A DNA stretch of 58,907 bases, counting the filler, from Sluysia triapertura (taxonomy: Eukaryota): the NCBI GenBank assembly GCA_046118255.1. It is 4 parts of 4 records of this genome, joined end to end, with 100 filler letters (N's around TTAATTAATTAA, not from the genome) between each part and the next. Parts side by side here need not be neighbours in the genome. Positions count along the whole stretch, not along the records: positions 10,891 to 33,815 come from JBJNIA010211809.1; positions 33,916 to 44,859 come from JBJNIA010191118.1; 2 more parts are not named here. The stretch is one strand, 5' to 3'. The notes beneath the pieces are model-generated. The model had not been told where the DNA came from. It made no database searches and saw only the letters and a program-made list of their open reading frames with translations. The translations under genes were made by a program, and so were the position numbers. Positions 26,158 through 38,945 of this stretch are shown piece by piece; positions within the stretch are counted from its first letter, which is position 1, and each line of letters starts with the position of its first letter.

Positions 26158-29100
26158 CCTAAATAAGCCATAAAATTGTTTAATTTTTCCCAGCCTTTCT
26201 TGGAAAGATTCTGAAATGTTTTCAAAATAATTGGAGTAGAAGACAGAGCTTCAGTTAAACTCCAATGACGATACAGCCTTAAGTTGAGATCATCCAATGA
26301 AATCACAGATAATTTTTCCGTATCTCTTCTTAAATTCCTCTTCGAACGATCTAATTCCACTTCTCGAGCTCGACCTGCCACAAACTTGTCGTAGTTTTGT
26401 TTCAATATCGGCAATGATTCTTTATAACGTGCTCGACAAATCAAATTCAATACTAGAAAACTGGTGTGACCAATCACAGAAGACCTAGAACAATAATATA
26501 AAGTTCAATAAATGCGATTTATTTTAAAATTCACTTTTATTTTATGCTTTGTTTACATTTTATGAAATATTCGAAAATTTATTAATTAAGAAACAGCTAA
26601 ACTTATTATTCATTCATTGATAACTAACAACATAGATTTTAACAATGGTTTATTGACTCAATTTCATATGAAAAAGTGAAAAATTACAATTATTAATTAA
26701 TCATGCAGCAAGACTAATTCTCCAAGTTAGAAGATCTCATGTAACAACTATCTTAAGGATTACATTGGTTGCTAATAAAAGCAAGAATAGAATTCAAAAT
26801 CATGATAATAATTTACAAATGCTTACATTACGGAAGTGCTGAATATCTTTTAGAAATAATAAAATATTTGGAAAACAAGATGAATATTTCATTGAGACAT
26901 AATAATAATCTATGCAGAATCCACAGTGAAAATAAGCTAGATGATAGGTTGTATACCGTTTATGTTTCAACAATATACAACCAGTACTACCAGAGAATGT
27001 CAAATTACTGGAAGATTATGAAATATTTAAGAAAAAGGCAATGTTGTTTCTGTTTCAGAAATATTATTGTGAATGATTTATTTTAAGTGCTTTTGAGTAC
27101 TTTGCAGTATATATGAGCGCAATATAAATATATTATTTTATACTACAGCAATTGTTACATAATTAAAACTAACCAAAATAATTCCAAGGTGTCTTTTTCC
27201 AATATTTCCGCAATATGGAAAGCGACCATTGCAGAACAAGTACCATGGAAACTGATATTTTCATACTCCATGAGAATATCTTCTCTGAAAGTTAAGTACA
27301 TTTCAAATACTGATCGAAATCTGATCATAATGATAAATTATTGTTTCAAAACAACTCGAAAACAGCGACCGTGTAGCAATATGAGATTAGAACGAAAGCC
27401 TTGTTCGATAGAAAATAATACTTATTTAACCAATAAACATATAAATTGAGAAATATAAACAAAACATCATCTTTAACCGATGGTCGTCCACTTCTCTCTT
27501 CATCAACGACGAAATTACCAACAATGAATTTTGCAATTATTCGCTACCAGTTTCTTGCACACACAGTACCGGTGCCAAGCACGGAGTTAATATTTTTCAT
27601 TCCATCTTTCCACAAAAAATGCGTCAGCTTTTTCAAGTTGCTTCGGTTAACCTCTATCATATGCCACAAAATAACATGTTTTAAATGATATAGCTATCTG
27701 AAACAATTATTTAATTATAAGATAGAAATTAAACATTTAAAAGAGGATTTAAACATTTCAACTAAACATTTCTTCATAAAACATTGAAATTTTTTAGATT
27801 TGTCTTTATTATTTAAATAAATATTATTTTCTTTCGGACAAAACTTTCGTTCCAATCCTATATGTGTGACTCACGATTTGTATATGCAAATTAATTAATT
27901 AATTGCTGGAAAAAAGAAAAGTGCGGAATCCCAAATATTTTAGTAGCAGGTGATATACATTTTTAAATAAAATGTAACCTTTTCTCTTTCCACTCTTTTC
28001 GCCGAATGCGCTTATCCAAACTCTCTTTATCGTAGCGTCTTCTTTTGGCTTTTCTTGTCGGTTCAACGTCATCTTCATCACTATAATCACCTTCTTCATC
28101 AATGTCGTCGTTTTCATCGTCATTTTCAGACTGGAATTAAATGTGTATACATTTCTAAAAATTGTATATATTTTCCAATTTGTCGACTTTTATAAGTAAA
28201 ACAGAAAAACTACAAAGTAAAGAATTTGAACAGTGATATTAAATGAGTCTATTTCGATTCTGGAGCGGAGTTCAAAGGAAGTAAGAACCGATGGAAGACC
28301 ACCACAATCATAAAAGACACTATTCGCATTACAAATTAATTCTTGAAATTAAAGGTGGATTTTTGACGACATTTTCATTATATCGCACATGATTCATTTT
28401 ATTTCACAAGTTTTGAAGATTTACTGCTTTAACACTTACTAAGTTTATCAATAATACGATTTATTGTTGTAACAGGATCTAACAAAAACAATAGACTAAT
28501 ACCATCAATGTGCATAATTAAGTATAATGCTTTTTCAATTGCGTTTATTTTGTATCAAACAGTTTTTCTAGTTAAAATTACTCTTACTAATAATGCTCCC
28601 TTTTAATGTTTCTAGGAATAAGAAATTGTTCGTGTTTCTTTTTGCATCCCTGATAATCCAACTCGAGAAAGCAATCATAAAGTTATACAGACCTATGATG
28701 GACAACCCATGACTCTGCATTTTTTTCCATCGAGATATACACAAAAGTATACAGAATATGCATTATTTAAATATAGATGAGTATTGTTTTAACGAAGTAG
28801 TCTTTGAAAGTATTGAAACATCCTTTTTAAAATACTAAAAATGGTACGCTCCCTTTTTTCTTACATTTATTAAGGTTCTTGAATTGCTGAGCAATTTATT
28901 TAAAAATTAAATGCTAAAAAATTTTCTTTACTTACTTGCTCCATATAAATATCATCGAATTCGGGAACATAAGAGAAACTTTCGTGATAAGTTAAAACTT
29001 TAACTTGGTTCTGATTGTAGAAATTGTTCACATGAATTGGACGTTGACTAAATTAAAGAAATTGGCAATAAGCATTTTAATGATTTATCATTAAAATACG

Positions 29101-30128
29101 AAAAAAAGTTCTTTCAAGCAAGTTAAATCAACACATTCTTCTATTTTTAATAGTGCAATACATTCACTTTTATAATTGATAACAATAAATAAAATATATA
29201 AAAATCAATTAAAATCTAAACAGAGTATTTTTGAAACAACTCGTTAGAATGGTGTTCCAAAGTCAAAAATAAGTTACTAAATATTAATATAAAAAGATTT
29301 CAAGTTAAAACTAATCTTACATCTTCAAAAGTATCTCATTACACCATATTAAGGTAGCAATAAGCAAAATATGTTACTAATCTAATAATAGTGAATAAAA
29401 TTGTGAAAGGAAACGCATATTAAACAAGTTTCAAATTTTCTGACTTGAACTAGACAAGGTACGAACGGTACACATATATCAATTCTGATTACACATTTGT
29501 ATTTATAAATCAAAATAAGTAAAACTTCAATACAGATATTTAACACATATTCATTAGTAGCAATAAAATTTATCATTCTTCAAAATGCATTTAAGAAATA
29601 ATCGTCATATTTAGCAATTTCTAAAACTGCGATACACCTTTAATTCTAAATGGCAATATTTGTAATATAATGAAAATTGAACAAAATATTAAAAATTAAC
29701 CTGTCCAAAACAAAAATAATTCTTTTATCAGTTTCAGAAAACTCAAAAAAATCTACTACATCAAAAACACTTCCAATATTTATTAATAAAATATTATGAC
29801 ACTGAAATAAAATAGAATTATAAAACCAAAAAATGCTTACTTTTTTGTGTAATTTATAATAATTGATAACTTGAGTTTTATTTAATACTACAGCATAAGT
29901 AAACGATATATTATAACAACGAAATAATTCCTATTCACGATATAAATTTTCTATTAATTGATAAAAAAATACTTTGATAATTTTAAAAGTACAAACTGAA
30001 TCCACATTCGATGCTATTATAATCAAAGTCATCTTAAGTTAAAGCGGTTAACATTTCACACAAATCATAATTACTTTTCCTTCTAATAAATCTAAAAATT
30101 CAGTTTTTATGTTTTCAATTAGTACCAT
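26158..30128 (-). CDS. CDC45: Cell division control protein 45, exons 1-8 (N-terminal ~335 codons; 3' part not found)
   Basis: ATG at 30128. Exons 30128-30075, 30032-29973, 29930-29841, 29801-29701, 29047-28936, 28130-27979, 27284-27174, 26484-26158, all GT-AG and phase-compatible. Peptide includes ASNVDSVCTFKII, ILLINIG, FVLDSQRPIHVNNFY, an acidic tract plus basic NLS-like stretch, FHGTCSAMVAF, DLNLRLYRHWSLTEAL and KLNNFMAYLG, collinear with CDC45. Confidence 0.93.
26588..27140 (+). mobile_element. L2/CR1-clade LINE 3' fragment, antisense inside CDC45 intron 7
   Basis: Same family; residual peptide IKARIEFKIMIIIYKCLHYG. Confidence 0.88.
27465..27700 (-). mobile_element. mariner transposase N-terminal relic inside CDC45 intron 6
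   Basis: Minus-strand peptide NINSVLGTGTVCARNW*RIIAKFIVGNFVVDEERSGRPSV contains the mariner DE.RSGRP motif. Confidence 0.7.
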
Positions 30129-32368
30129 TTTTATAGAATAAATTTAATCAGTGGATAATAAAATTAACAAAGAATAAATATAGTAAGAAAAGTAAATGAA
30201 ACACATGCATCAACTATGAAGTTTAAAATTAAAAGTAGAGTTATAAACCGTACTTAATAATTTATTAAACTTATCTTAAATGATTTCTTTTAAATATCAA
30301 TTATATATTTAATACATTGAACAATAGTGTCTTTTTCTATTACAATTATTGCTTTATTTAAACAAAATCATAAGAGATAAAACCAAAATGAACTTTCTTC
30401 ATATACTACAGGCTTATATTATTCGAAAAATTACATATTCTATTAATCTTAACTAAAACTTATGTCTTATACTATCAAATGAATAAACGATTAAAAAATA
30501 AAGTTAAAATAAAATAATATACATTAAAAAGTTAAAATTAAATAAAAATAATAATTATTATTATTTATATGTTAATAACTTATATGTAATAAATACTTAA
30601 AAGAACTTGGAATATTTATGAAATAGAAAAAACTTTTTTGTCCTTTAAAAACTTCATAATATTCGAATGGTATGACATTTATATTATCTGGTTGAATTCC
30701 AGAATCATACAAACAATTTTTGGAAAATGTGATTTTTTAATGGTTCTGATGACAACCTAATTTTTAATAATTTCTCTGAACACTAATAATAGTAGTAATA
30801 ATAACAACGATAATATAATAAACTGTAATGAAAATATTAAAAATAATAATAAGGCTACGCCTTATAATATTTCATTTTATATAATGGGGCTACACCCATA
30901 ATTATAGTATTATGAATCATAGTATTATTTTATATAAACGGGCTTGCTTAAAGATAGTGAGTCCATAACAACAATATTTAGTCACATAATTAAGTCGGTT
31001 AATTTTTGTCGTGCAGTCATTTTTCTTATTCTCAACTTACCACAAAATAAAATTTTATCAGAATTCGGTTACAGTACACTACTTAGACATACAGTTGACA
31101 TTCTTACATCTAAAAGTGATAATTCCTAAAGTAAAAAATTAGATTTTAACTTTTGGTAAATGGATACTATCATATTTTATAAATATTTGATTAAAGGATA
31201 TAAATTAAGTAATTTAAATTTAAATTTAATTTAATTTAAATTATTACTGCTATTCACAATAACGAAATTAAATGCCGATTTCATGGAGATGCGTTTATTA
31301 AATAATAAAATACAACAGATAAAAAGAAATAGCAAAATTTAATTCAGATGTAAAAATAAATGTATTTTAGAATTAAAATCCTCTGGGTATTTAATTCGAA
31401 AAAGCTTTTACCGTAAAAAATATATATTTTTCCATCATTAAATCAGAGTATTAAAATTCTAAATTAAATATTTTAATTTAATGTACCAGTAAAATGCCAT
31501 CATAAATTTTAAGTCTTACTAATTTCAATGGAATATAATATGTTCAAAAATGGTAGACTTCCATGCACCTAAATGTTTAATCAAAAATTGAACACTATAA
31601 GAAGTATAAAATGCATATTTTAAAGTTAAGTTAAACATTTTATTTTAATACAATTCTAAACCAAATATTTTATTTTAATATAATTGTAAATATTTAATAT
31701 TTTAAAAGTGAAAATAAATTGTTAAAAATTTCTTAAATAAACTTTTCAAATTTTATTCAGTAAAACTTTAATTGTACATATTTTATTACAATTATGCAAA
31801 TATTTATATTTATTTTACTGCTTATGATGACAAGAAAATAAAAATAAAAAATATTTTTATGAATAATTTATAGCAGTTTTATGGTATACAATGAAAAATA
31901 TAAATATTAAATTTTTACAAATAACGTTCAACAAGAAAAATATAGCAAGGCACTAAAAGACTTTTCTAAGATTCTAGTACATATTAATTCATTAATAGAA
32001 ATACGGGATTAATATTACTCAATGTTGGATAATTGACACTTTGGAATCCACGAAACGATATTACTCTTCTCAATCTCAATATCGGAATTTTATTTTATTC
32101 TAAGAAAATCAGTGTCATCACAAGTTCATTATTTTAAGTTTTTCGATTTAATATTTAGCCTCAAATTCCGACGTAAATTATCATTTATCTTTTAAAAGCC
32201 AAGAATTCATCCTGGCTCAACTTTTTTGTTTAAAATACTATTTAACTATCCTTAATTTCATCTTTATTTTATTTGCTTGCATTATTGAATATTATGTATA
32301 AATCATTTTTGTATTTATTAAACAATATGTAATTTCATTTATTATTATCATTATTATTATTATTATTA

Positions 32369-32504
32369 TTGCGTCTTTGAATTAACCGATTACAATAAGT
32401 CGGTGGTAGCTTAAACGGAATCCCAGTATTTTCAATGCTTATCAAAATAAATTTAAATTATCTCAAATTCTATTAGTTTAGTAACGGTAACTATTCAAGC
32501 CCAA
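32369..32504 (+). repeat. Left arm of a 136-bp inverted repeat (partner 38946-39080)
   Basis: Hand alignment with the reverse complement of 38946-39080 shows 7 substitutions and 1 indel. Confidence 0.95.
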
Positions 32505-32505
32505 C

Positions 32506-32654
32506 TGTTGAACTAATCACTGATATAATGTGTGTTGGCTGCATTTATTATTATTAGAACTAATCATTGATATAATGTGTATTTATTATTATTAATGTTG
32601 ATGTTGAACTAATTATTGATATAACGTGTGTTGGCTGCATTTATTATTATTAAT
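32506..32654. repeat. Short tandem repeat, 3 imperfect units of ~45-50 bp
   Basis: GAACTAAT.A.TGATATAA.GTGT(GTTGGCTGC)ATTTATTATTATTA three times, directly inside the left inverted-repeat arm. Confidence 0.85.
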
Positions 32655-32869
32655 TTGTACTGCATTAATAAACATATTTATTATATTTGATGAAATTTAT
32701 TTTGTTGTATTTATTTAAAAATTTTTGGGATCGTTATTAAAGTATGTTATTCTATTTTTCAACATTAATTTATGTTATTTTAAAATTTTATTTATGATAT
32801 TTTAAAATTAATAACGTGACTCTAAAAAATTATTTCAATAAAAAATATTTTAGTTTGTTTTAATCTGAC

Positions 32870-33815
32870 CTAATTATCTTCCATTAATTCTTTTAGTAAT
32901 GTACGTGGGGTTTTATCTAAGTCAACATAATTATCTTCATTTATTAATTCATCCAATTTTCTTATATCATCACAAGGTTTAGTATATGCCATTATAACTG
33001 CGGAAGTAATTGATGCTTCCTCATGGTTTCCATTCATTGATGGATAACCGTAATAATTTTCTATCATAAAAATATAAATCAACATCATTAATATCAGAGT
33101 CATTTGACTAAAGTAATTCTATAATATCTTTAGTAACTGAAGTAACAGGAAGTTCCATAGTAATATTCAAAGCATTATTAATAATTATACTTATTCTCAT
33201 TAGTTCCTTAAGGGTTTCGTTTCTTTCCTTTTGTCCTATTTTTCTTAATAATTTTCTCGCATAAAATAGCTAATACTAATTTTATATCATGTCCATTTTG
33301 TAAACTTAATTCTGAATTCAATAAATCGTCTAAATTATCATTTAAATCCTTGCCATGTGTAATATTAGATAAAAGTTCTTCAAATTTTTGATTAACTTCT
33401 CTAATTTCTGGAGTACTCATTTTATTGTTAGTAGCTATTATTATTGATTCCATTTCTTCTATTTCCATTTCTTCTGTGGCACTGTAGAAAACATCTTCAT
33501 CATCTATTTCCATTTCTTCTGCTTGAATTTCTTCATCATCTGTTTTATTATTATAAATGATATTTTCTATATCTGTTTCAACTTCTTGGTCATCACTTAA
33601 TTTTCAGTTGTTTTGTTTTATCTCTTCTTCTGTTGAGCTTGATTCTAAACTCGATTCTTCTTCTGTTAGAAGTGATTCGGTATTCGATTCCTCTTCTATT
33701 TCATCATTACTTTCTATTTCTTTATCAAATGGCTTGTTTGGTTTCTTCATCTTTCCTTCCCATTTGTCAATTAATTCTTGAATCCTTCTTCTTTTATCTT
33801 CATCTGATATTACTT
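32870..33815 (-). pseudogene. Decayed intronless acidic ORF (>300 codons), unknown function
   Basis: One Glu/Asp-rich frame runs from the linker edge through single TGA (33606-04), TAA (33210-08) and TAG (33110-08) stops, then a frameshift joins ORF 33103-32870. Confidence 0.5.
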
Positions 33816-33915
33816 NNNNNNNNNNNNNNNNNNNNNNNNNNNNNNNNNNNNNNNNNNNNTTAATTAATTAANNNNNNNNNNNNNNNNNNNNNNNNNNNNN
33901 NNNNNNNNNNNNNNN
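33816..33915. other. Artificial contig linker N44-TTAATTAATTAA-N44
   Basis: Identical to the linker at 10791-10890. Confidence 0.97.
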
Positions 33916-33916
33916 T

Positions 33917-34365
33917 CTTATCATCGATTCTTTTAATAAAAAAGAAAGATGAAAAAATGCGACTTTGTATCGATTTTAGAAAACTAAATAAGGTAGCTAG
34001 AAGAGATGTTAGACAAATTAAGAAATGATACATATTTGACGACATTGAATCTCCAAATTTGTTCCTGGAAAATAGAGATCGCTCAAAACGATAAAAATAT
34101 GATAGCTTTCACCTGCAGCGATAAATTATAAGAATATGAAAAAATGCCATTTTTTAATTGGAGCACTGACAATATTTAAATATTGTATGAATTTCGTCCT
34201 TTTGACTATAAAATGTTATAGTCATATTAATGATATTACAAATTTTTGCTAAGTATTTTGATATACACATCGCTGATATTGAGAAGATTTTAAGACGTCT
34301 TGGAAGAAGCTATATTGAAGATTAATCCTACTAAATATATTTGAAGAAAGGAATAAGTTTTTATC
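33917..34365 (+). mobile_element. Ty3/gypsy reverse transcriptase relic (stops, deletions, frameshifts)
   Basis: SILLIKKKDEKMRLCIDFRKLNKVARRD / EMLDKLRNDTYLTTLNL...WKIEIAQNDKNMIAFTCSDKL*EYEKMPF / HIADIEKILRRL / LKINPTK follows the gypsy RT motif order. Confidence 0.88.
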
Positions 34366-37204
34366 AGCAGACTGTAATTTTTTTAGTCGTGTCACGCTGA
34401 AAAACAATTATGATTTTAATTTTTTTTCCATGCAGTCCCGCGGTAACCTGTTTATTTTTAGTCGATGTTTTCGCTTATATCTTTATTTTTATATTTATCC
34501 CGGGTTTATTTATTATTTTAACTGATTCTGATATAACATTTGTCATAAAATATATATCTTATACTCATCAAAATTAGTAAACATGTCTTAAATTTTTGTT
34601 TGAACATTTTCAGTTTTACTAATCTTAATTAAGTCGGTAACATTTATCTGCACTGGGTTTGGAATCTCTAAATTTACAATTGAAGTAGTTTGAAAATTTA
34701 CATGAATTGTAGACCCCAAATAAATGATATAATTTAACACAATTTTGAGTATTAAAAAAATTTTCTATTAGTTTTATGGATTTTCATTTTTGAAATCCAT
34801 ATTCAAGAAATTTTCTAAAGTTTTAACAAAAATATTTATGATTTGAAAACTTGAATATTTGGCCACCACCTTTTCTTAGCCTTTCGGGCTTCCTTTATTT
34901 GTCTTGTTAAGCCTAATCATTACACAAATGAACTGAAAGTTAGTCTTTCAATTATTATCAAATTTAGCATTACTATTTTCTTACATATATAAAATTTTGA
35001 TTATTCAAACGTTTTTCAGTGATAATATTATTTCTTTCTGGTTTCTTGGATAACTAAGATAATCCTAATCATCTAAAATAGCTTTTGATTGCAATTTTAT
35101 ACTATGAAAACATAATTCAACATCTAAAATAGTTGTATCAATAATTTTCTGTCGAAATGAAAATTAAAATAATTTAACTTCAATAAAATTATTTCATTTT
35201 AATATTCGAATTTTCAAAAATCTTTATCTTTATATCTGTAAGAGTTTTGAGCACCGAATCCGTTTCATTTTGGCCACTTTTCCCAGAAATCATCTAGCCT
35301 TACTTTTGCAAAATTTATCTATTCTATTTAAAATAACTAAGTTTTATAACTGTGACCTAAACTTAAATATATATTACATAATTCAACCAAATTTTCGTCA
35401 ATGTTTTAAGTATTTGCAATCTCGTATCTTAAATTTAACAACTCTATTAGCACATGTTCTTAAATATTAAACCTTTATTTTCTATAGCCTTTTAATTAAT
35501 TAAAATTTGTATTTATTTGTATTTAGTTGAAACCTTTTCTAGTTATACCTATTTATTCTTTTCGAATTCTCTGTCGTTCATTAATTCACTTATTAAACTG
35601 TCAAATGTTTTACTACATTTTAGTCTTCGTTTTCCCACCTCATTCTTATTCGGATCTAATTCTTTTCATTCTTCTTTCTTATTACTTCTATTATTCTGCT
35701 CGTTAAATTTTTCTAGCGCTGTTGATTATAGTTTCATATGGTTCCTAGCACAATAACTTTATCTAATACAATTATGACAAATAATTTTGCTTTCAACACT
35801 ATTTCGAAATTTTTATTCATATAGACTACTATTAAAAATTTCTTATACGTAAAAAGCATACAGCAGATTGCTTAAATTACTAACACTGTTAAAACTGTGT
35901 AATAATTTTATTTCAGGCATAATACTCAACAATTATAAAGTTCAATATACTTTAACAATTTTAAGGAAATATTTACTTATATTTTAAATACATATCATTA
36001 TTGATTAATTTATTGATTTTAAAAATACACACACATACAGGTTTATAATATTTTATTGTCTAAGTTTTATTTAATAATAATTTATTAAAATTCCATATGC
36101 TTTCAAAAATGTACTCGAAGAGATTATTTGTATTGTCAAAAAGTATAAATAAAAAGTAAATAAAATATCAAAAATTCGAAAATTTATTAATATAGATTCG
36201 GCTAAATTAATTATTCGTTATTTTGTAACTAATAAAATAGATTTTGACAATGGCACATTTTACTCAATTTCACATTGTACTTTCACAATGAACAACAAAC
36301 TAAACTTCTAAACCTTTAATACCAAACATATAAAATCAAAAAACTTTAAAATAACTTAACAAAATAATAAACTAGCACATCAATGAAATTTCTCTAAACG
36401 TAAATCGATTTTTTGTGAACTTTCTGTATTAACTTTCCTTCTACAAATTTTATTAAATTGTAACAGAATACCATGTATTGATTTTATAATTTAAAACTAC
36501 ACTGAATCATCGACAGAACTAGTTTCGAGTTAAAAAAAGTCGAAGATCAGCCGGAAAAAGAAGATAATATAAATTGGATGAGAAATCCTATACAGAATTC
36601 AACGCTATTTGCAGACAATGATCAAGAGAACGAGAATGATATTATATTAAAGAAAAATTGGGGAGTTGTTCCACATGATCTAGACAATGATGAGTACAGT
36701 GACAAGATATTGAAATACAATAAATCGAAATATTAAGATACTTTTAATCTTAAAATTTAAAAGAGATTGCAGTCTAATTTTATAATTTTATATAAGTATA
36801 TAAGTTTAATAAAAATTATAATGAAATAAAAATTATAATTCTAAAAAGAGTACCCTAGATGATAATAAAAACACTAAAATATCAATGGATTATTATTATT
36901 ATTATTATTTTACTATTTATCGAATAATTAAAAAACACCAGATGAAGATTGTTATTCCGGAATTCTAGCGAAGTATTCGACTCAAATCCTTAGTCAAAAC
37001 ACAGAAATGGATTGAATCAAAATTCAACAGTTCATGAACACTAAGAATATTTAACAAACATTTTAACTAGGTATAGAATCGAAAGCAACGATTTATTATA
37101 AGTATTGTTTATCATTAATCCTATCCCTTAAATCTTTACCAAAAGGAATTAAATTCAATAATTATACAAATGTTTAAATTTAATCTTATTTAATACAAAG
37201 GTCT

Positions 37205-38370
37205 TTATGATTGGATTGTCCAACTGTGGATTAGGGGTTGTGTGAGACTCACATAGAACTATAAAATAAAAGAAGAACTGATACAAATTGATGGGTTGAA
37301 CATTATAAACATTGTCGGAATAAGAATCATGAAAGTAAAAAGATCAATAATAATGTTAATAGCTAAAGAATTCCTTCATGTTCCTGTAGAAGCTGGGAAT
37401 GGACTTGGAAAACCTTTGAAAACATTAGAGTATCTTTGATATTTTAAACCTTAAGATCACCAGCGACTTTATTAAGCTTTAAGTATTCGTAAAACCTTGA
37501 TAAAGTGTTAAAATCTATAAAATAGTTGGAAATAAAATCATTGTTATTGGTATTAAGAATAAATTTAGTGTAGTAATAATTAACATGAGCAAAGAGAAAA
37601 AGGGATCAGAGAGGTGAAGGCAAAAACATCTAGAGCCTCCTGAATGCCTTATAAACTACTAAATTACTTTAGAACCTCAATAAAACCTTTAAACATGAAA
37701 TAAGATTAAGTCTATAAATAGATTAATTAATTAAAATCTTAATTAACTTAATTAAAAAAATAAGTTTTTGTGAATAACTTTTGCATGCGAAATGCTATGT
37801 TAAATTTGAAGCTGTGTATGCATTTATTTTGAAAAGACCTTTCGAGGAAGGTATGGTTGACCGAGTTCATGCAAGGAAAGCCTTAATATTGAGCAAAGTC
37901 AAATTTTAATTAAGTTTTAATTATGGAATGTTGAATTTTTGATACTTATGATATGAGATGATTTCTATGAAAGTCAAAAATCTATAAGTGAGTTCAAAAT
38001 GTTTTTAGAATGGTTTGCTTGAGAATAAGAACCTTAAAACATTTTTCATTAGAAAATTTGGTGAGAACAATCGAAAATCAATTAAATTCTAAAAATTGTT
38101 AGCAATATTGTTGTTTGTTATTTTAATAATTTAATTGTTATTTTAATAATAGATTGATGATGGTTGATAATAATGATGGTTGAAAATAAATCAAATTTTT
38201 TCGCTTTGTACCTAATGAAGTCTGTCAGAATGTACCACGTAATTGTCAAAGTTGTTATTGTCGGTTTAAATCTCAAAGAAGTTTTGATGATTTGTGTGAG
38301 AAAGTGTTTGATTGTGAAATTTAGGATTGAATGGCTCATGAAAGAATATAAAATGAAAAACTTAAAAATT
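37205..38370 (+). repeat. Diverged direct duplicate of ~41845-43130
   Basis: Collinear shared blocks: GGATTGTCCA; ATCTAGAG..C.TGA.T.CCTTATAAA; TGTGAATAACTTT; GTTCATGC...GAAAGCCT.AAT.TTGAG.AAAGTC.AATTTTAATTAA; GTCGGTTTAA...GTTTTGATGATTTGTGT. Confidence 0.8.
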
Positions 38371-38945
38371 TTAACACGCAACACAAAGAACAGAGCCACG
38401 AATCCGGGTGCTCATTTCCATGCTCTAGGTAATATTTATTAATTTCATGTAATTTTATTTTGATTTTATTTTTAATTTTATTGTACAGGGAGGACAATTT
38501 TAATATAAGTTAGTTTTGTGGGAAACACCCTATTCGATTTATTTTTACAATATTAGATTTGATTTTTAGTCATTTTTAAGTTAACATTGTGGGGGCCCAA
38601 TTTATTTTTTAAATATTTTAAGTTAATTATTTGATTTTTAGATATTTGTAAGATAACTTTGTAGGAGACACTTCTCAATTAATTTTTAAAATTTTGTTTT
38701 ACATTCTTTGGAAAAAATATTAATCTCAATTTTTGTTGTGTCACCTCTGGTTTTCTTTTTGCATGGGTTATTAACGGGTTATTATAAAAGTAACTGTTAA
38801 CTTTTTTTAATTGTTTATATTTTTAGTTGTCTCAATTACATTATTGTTAACGCGAAGATTTACTTTAATAATTTGTATTTAATTTTTTGTAATTATTATA
38901 ACATTGAGTTTAGTTATTGATTTGAATTAAAGAATATAACTTCTA

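Noticed and set aside
30742-30760. CTGATGA in the repeated 19-mer (also 41642-41660) as a hammerhead ribozyme core
   Set aside because: No stem II followed by GAAA and no stem III/UH site downstream in either copy; the heptamer sits in a hairpin loop.
32870-33815. Stop-codon reassignment explaining the interrupted ORFs
   Set aside because: All three stop types and frameshifts occur, while the conserved-gene exons contain no in-frame stops. This is pseudogene decay.
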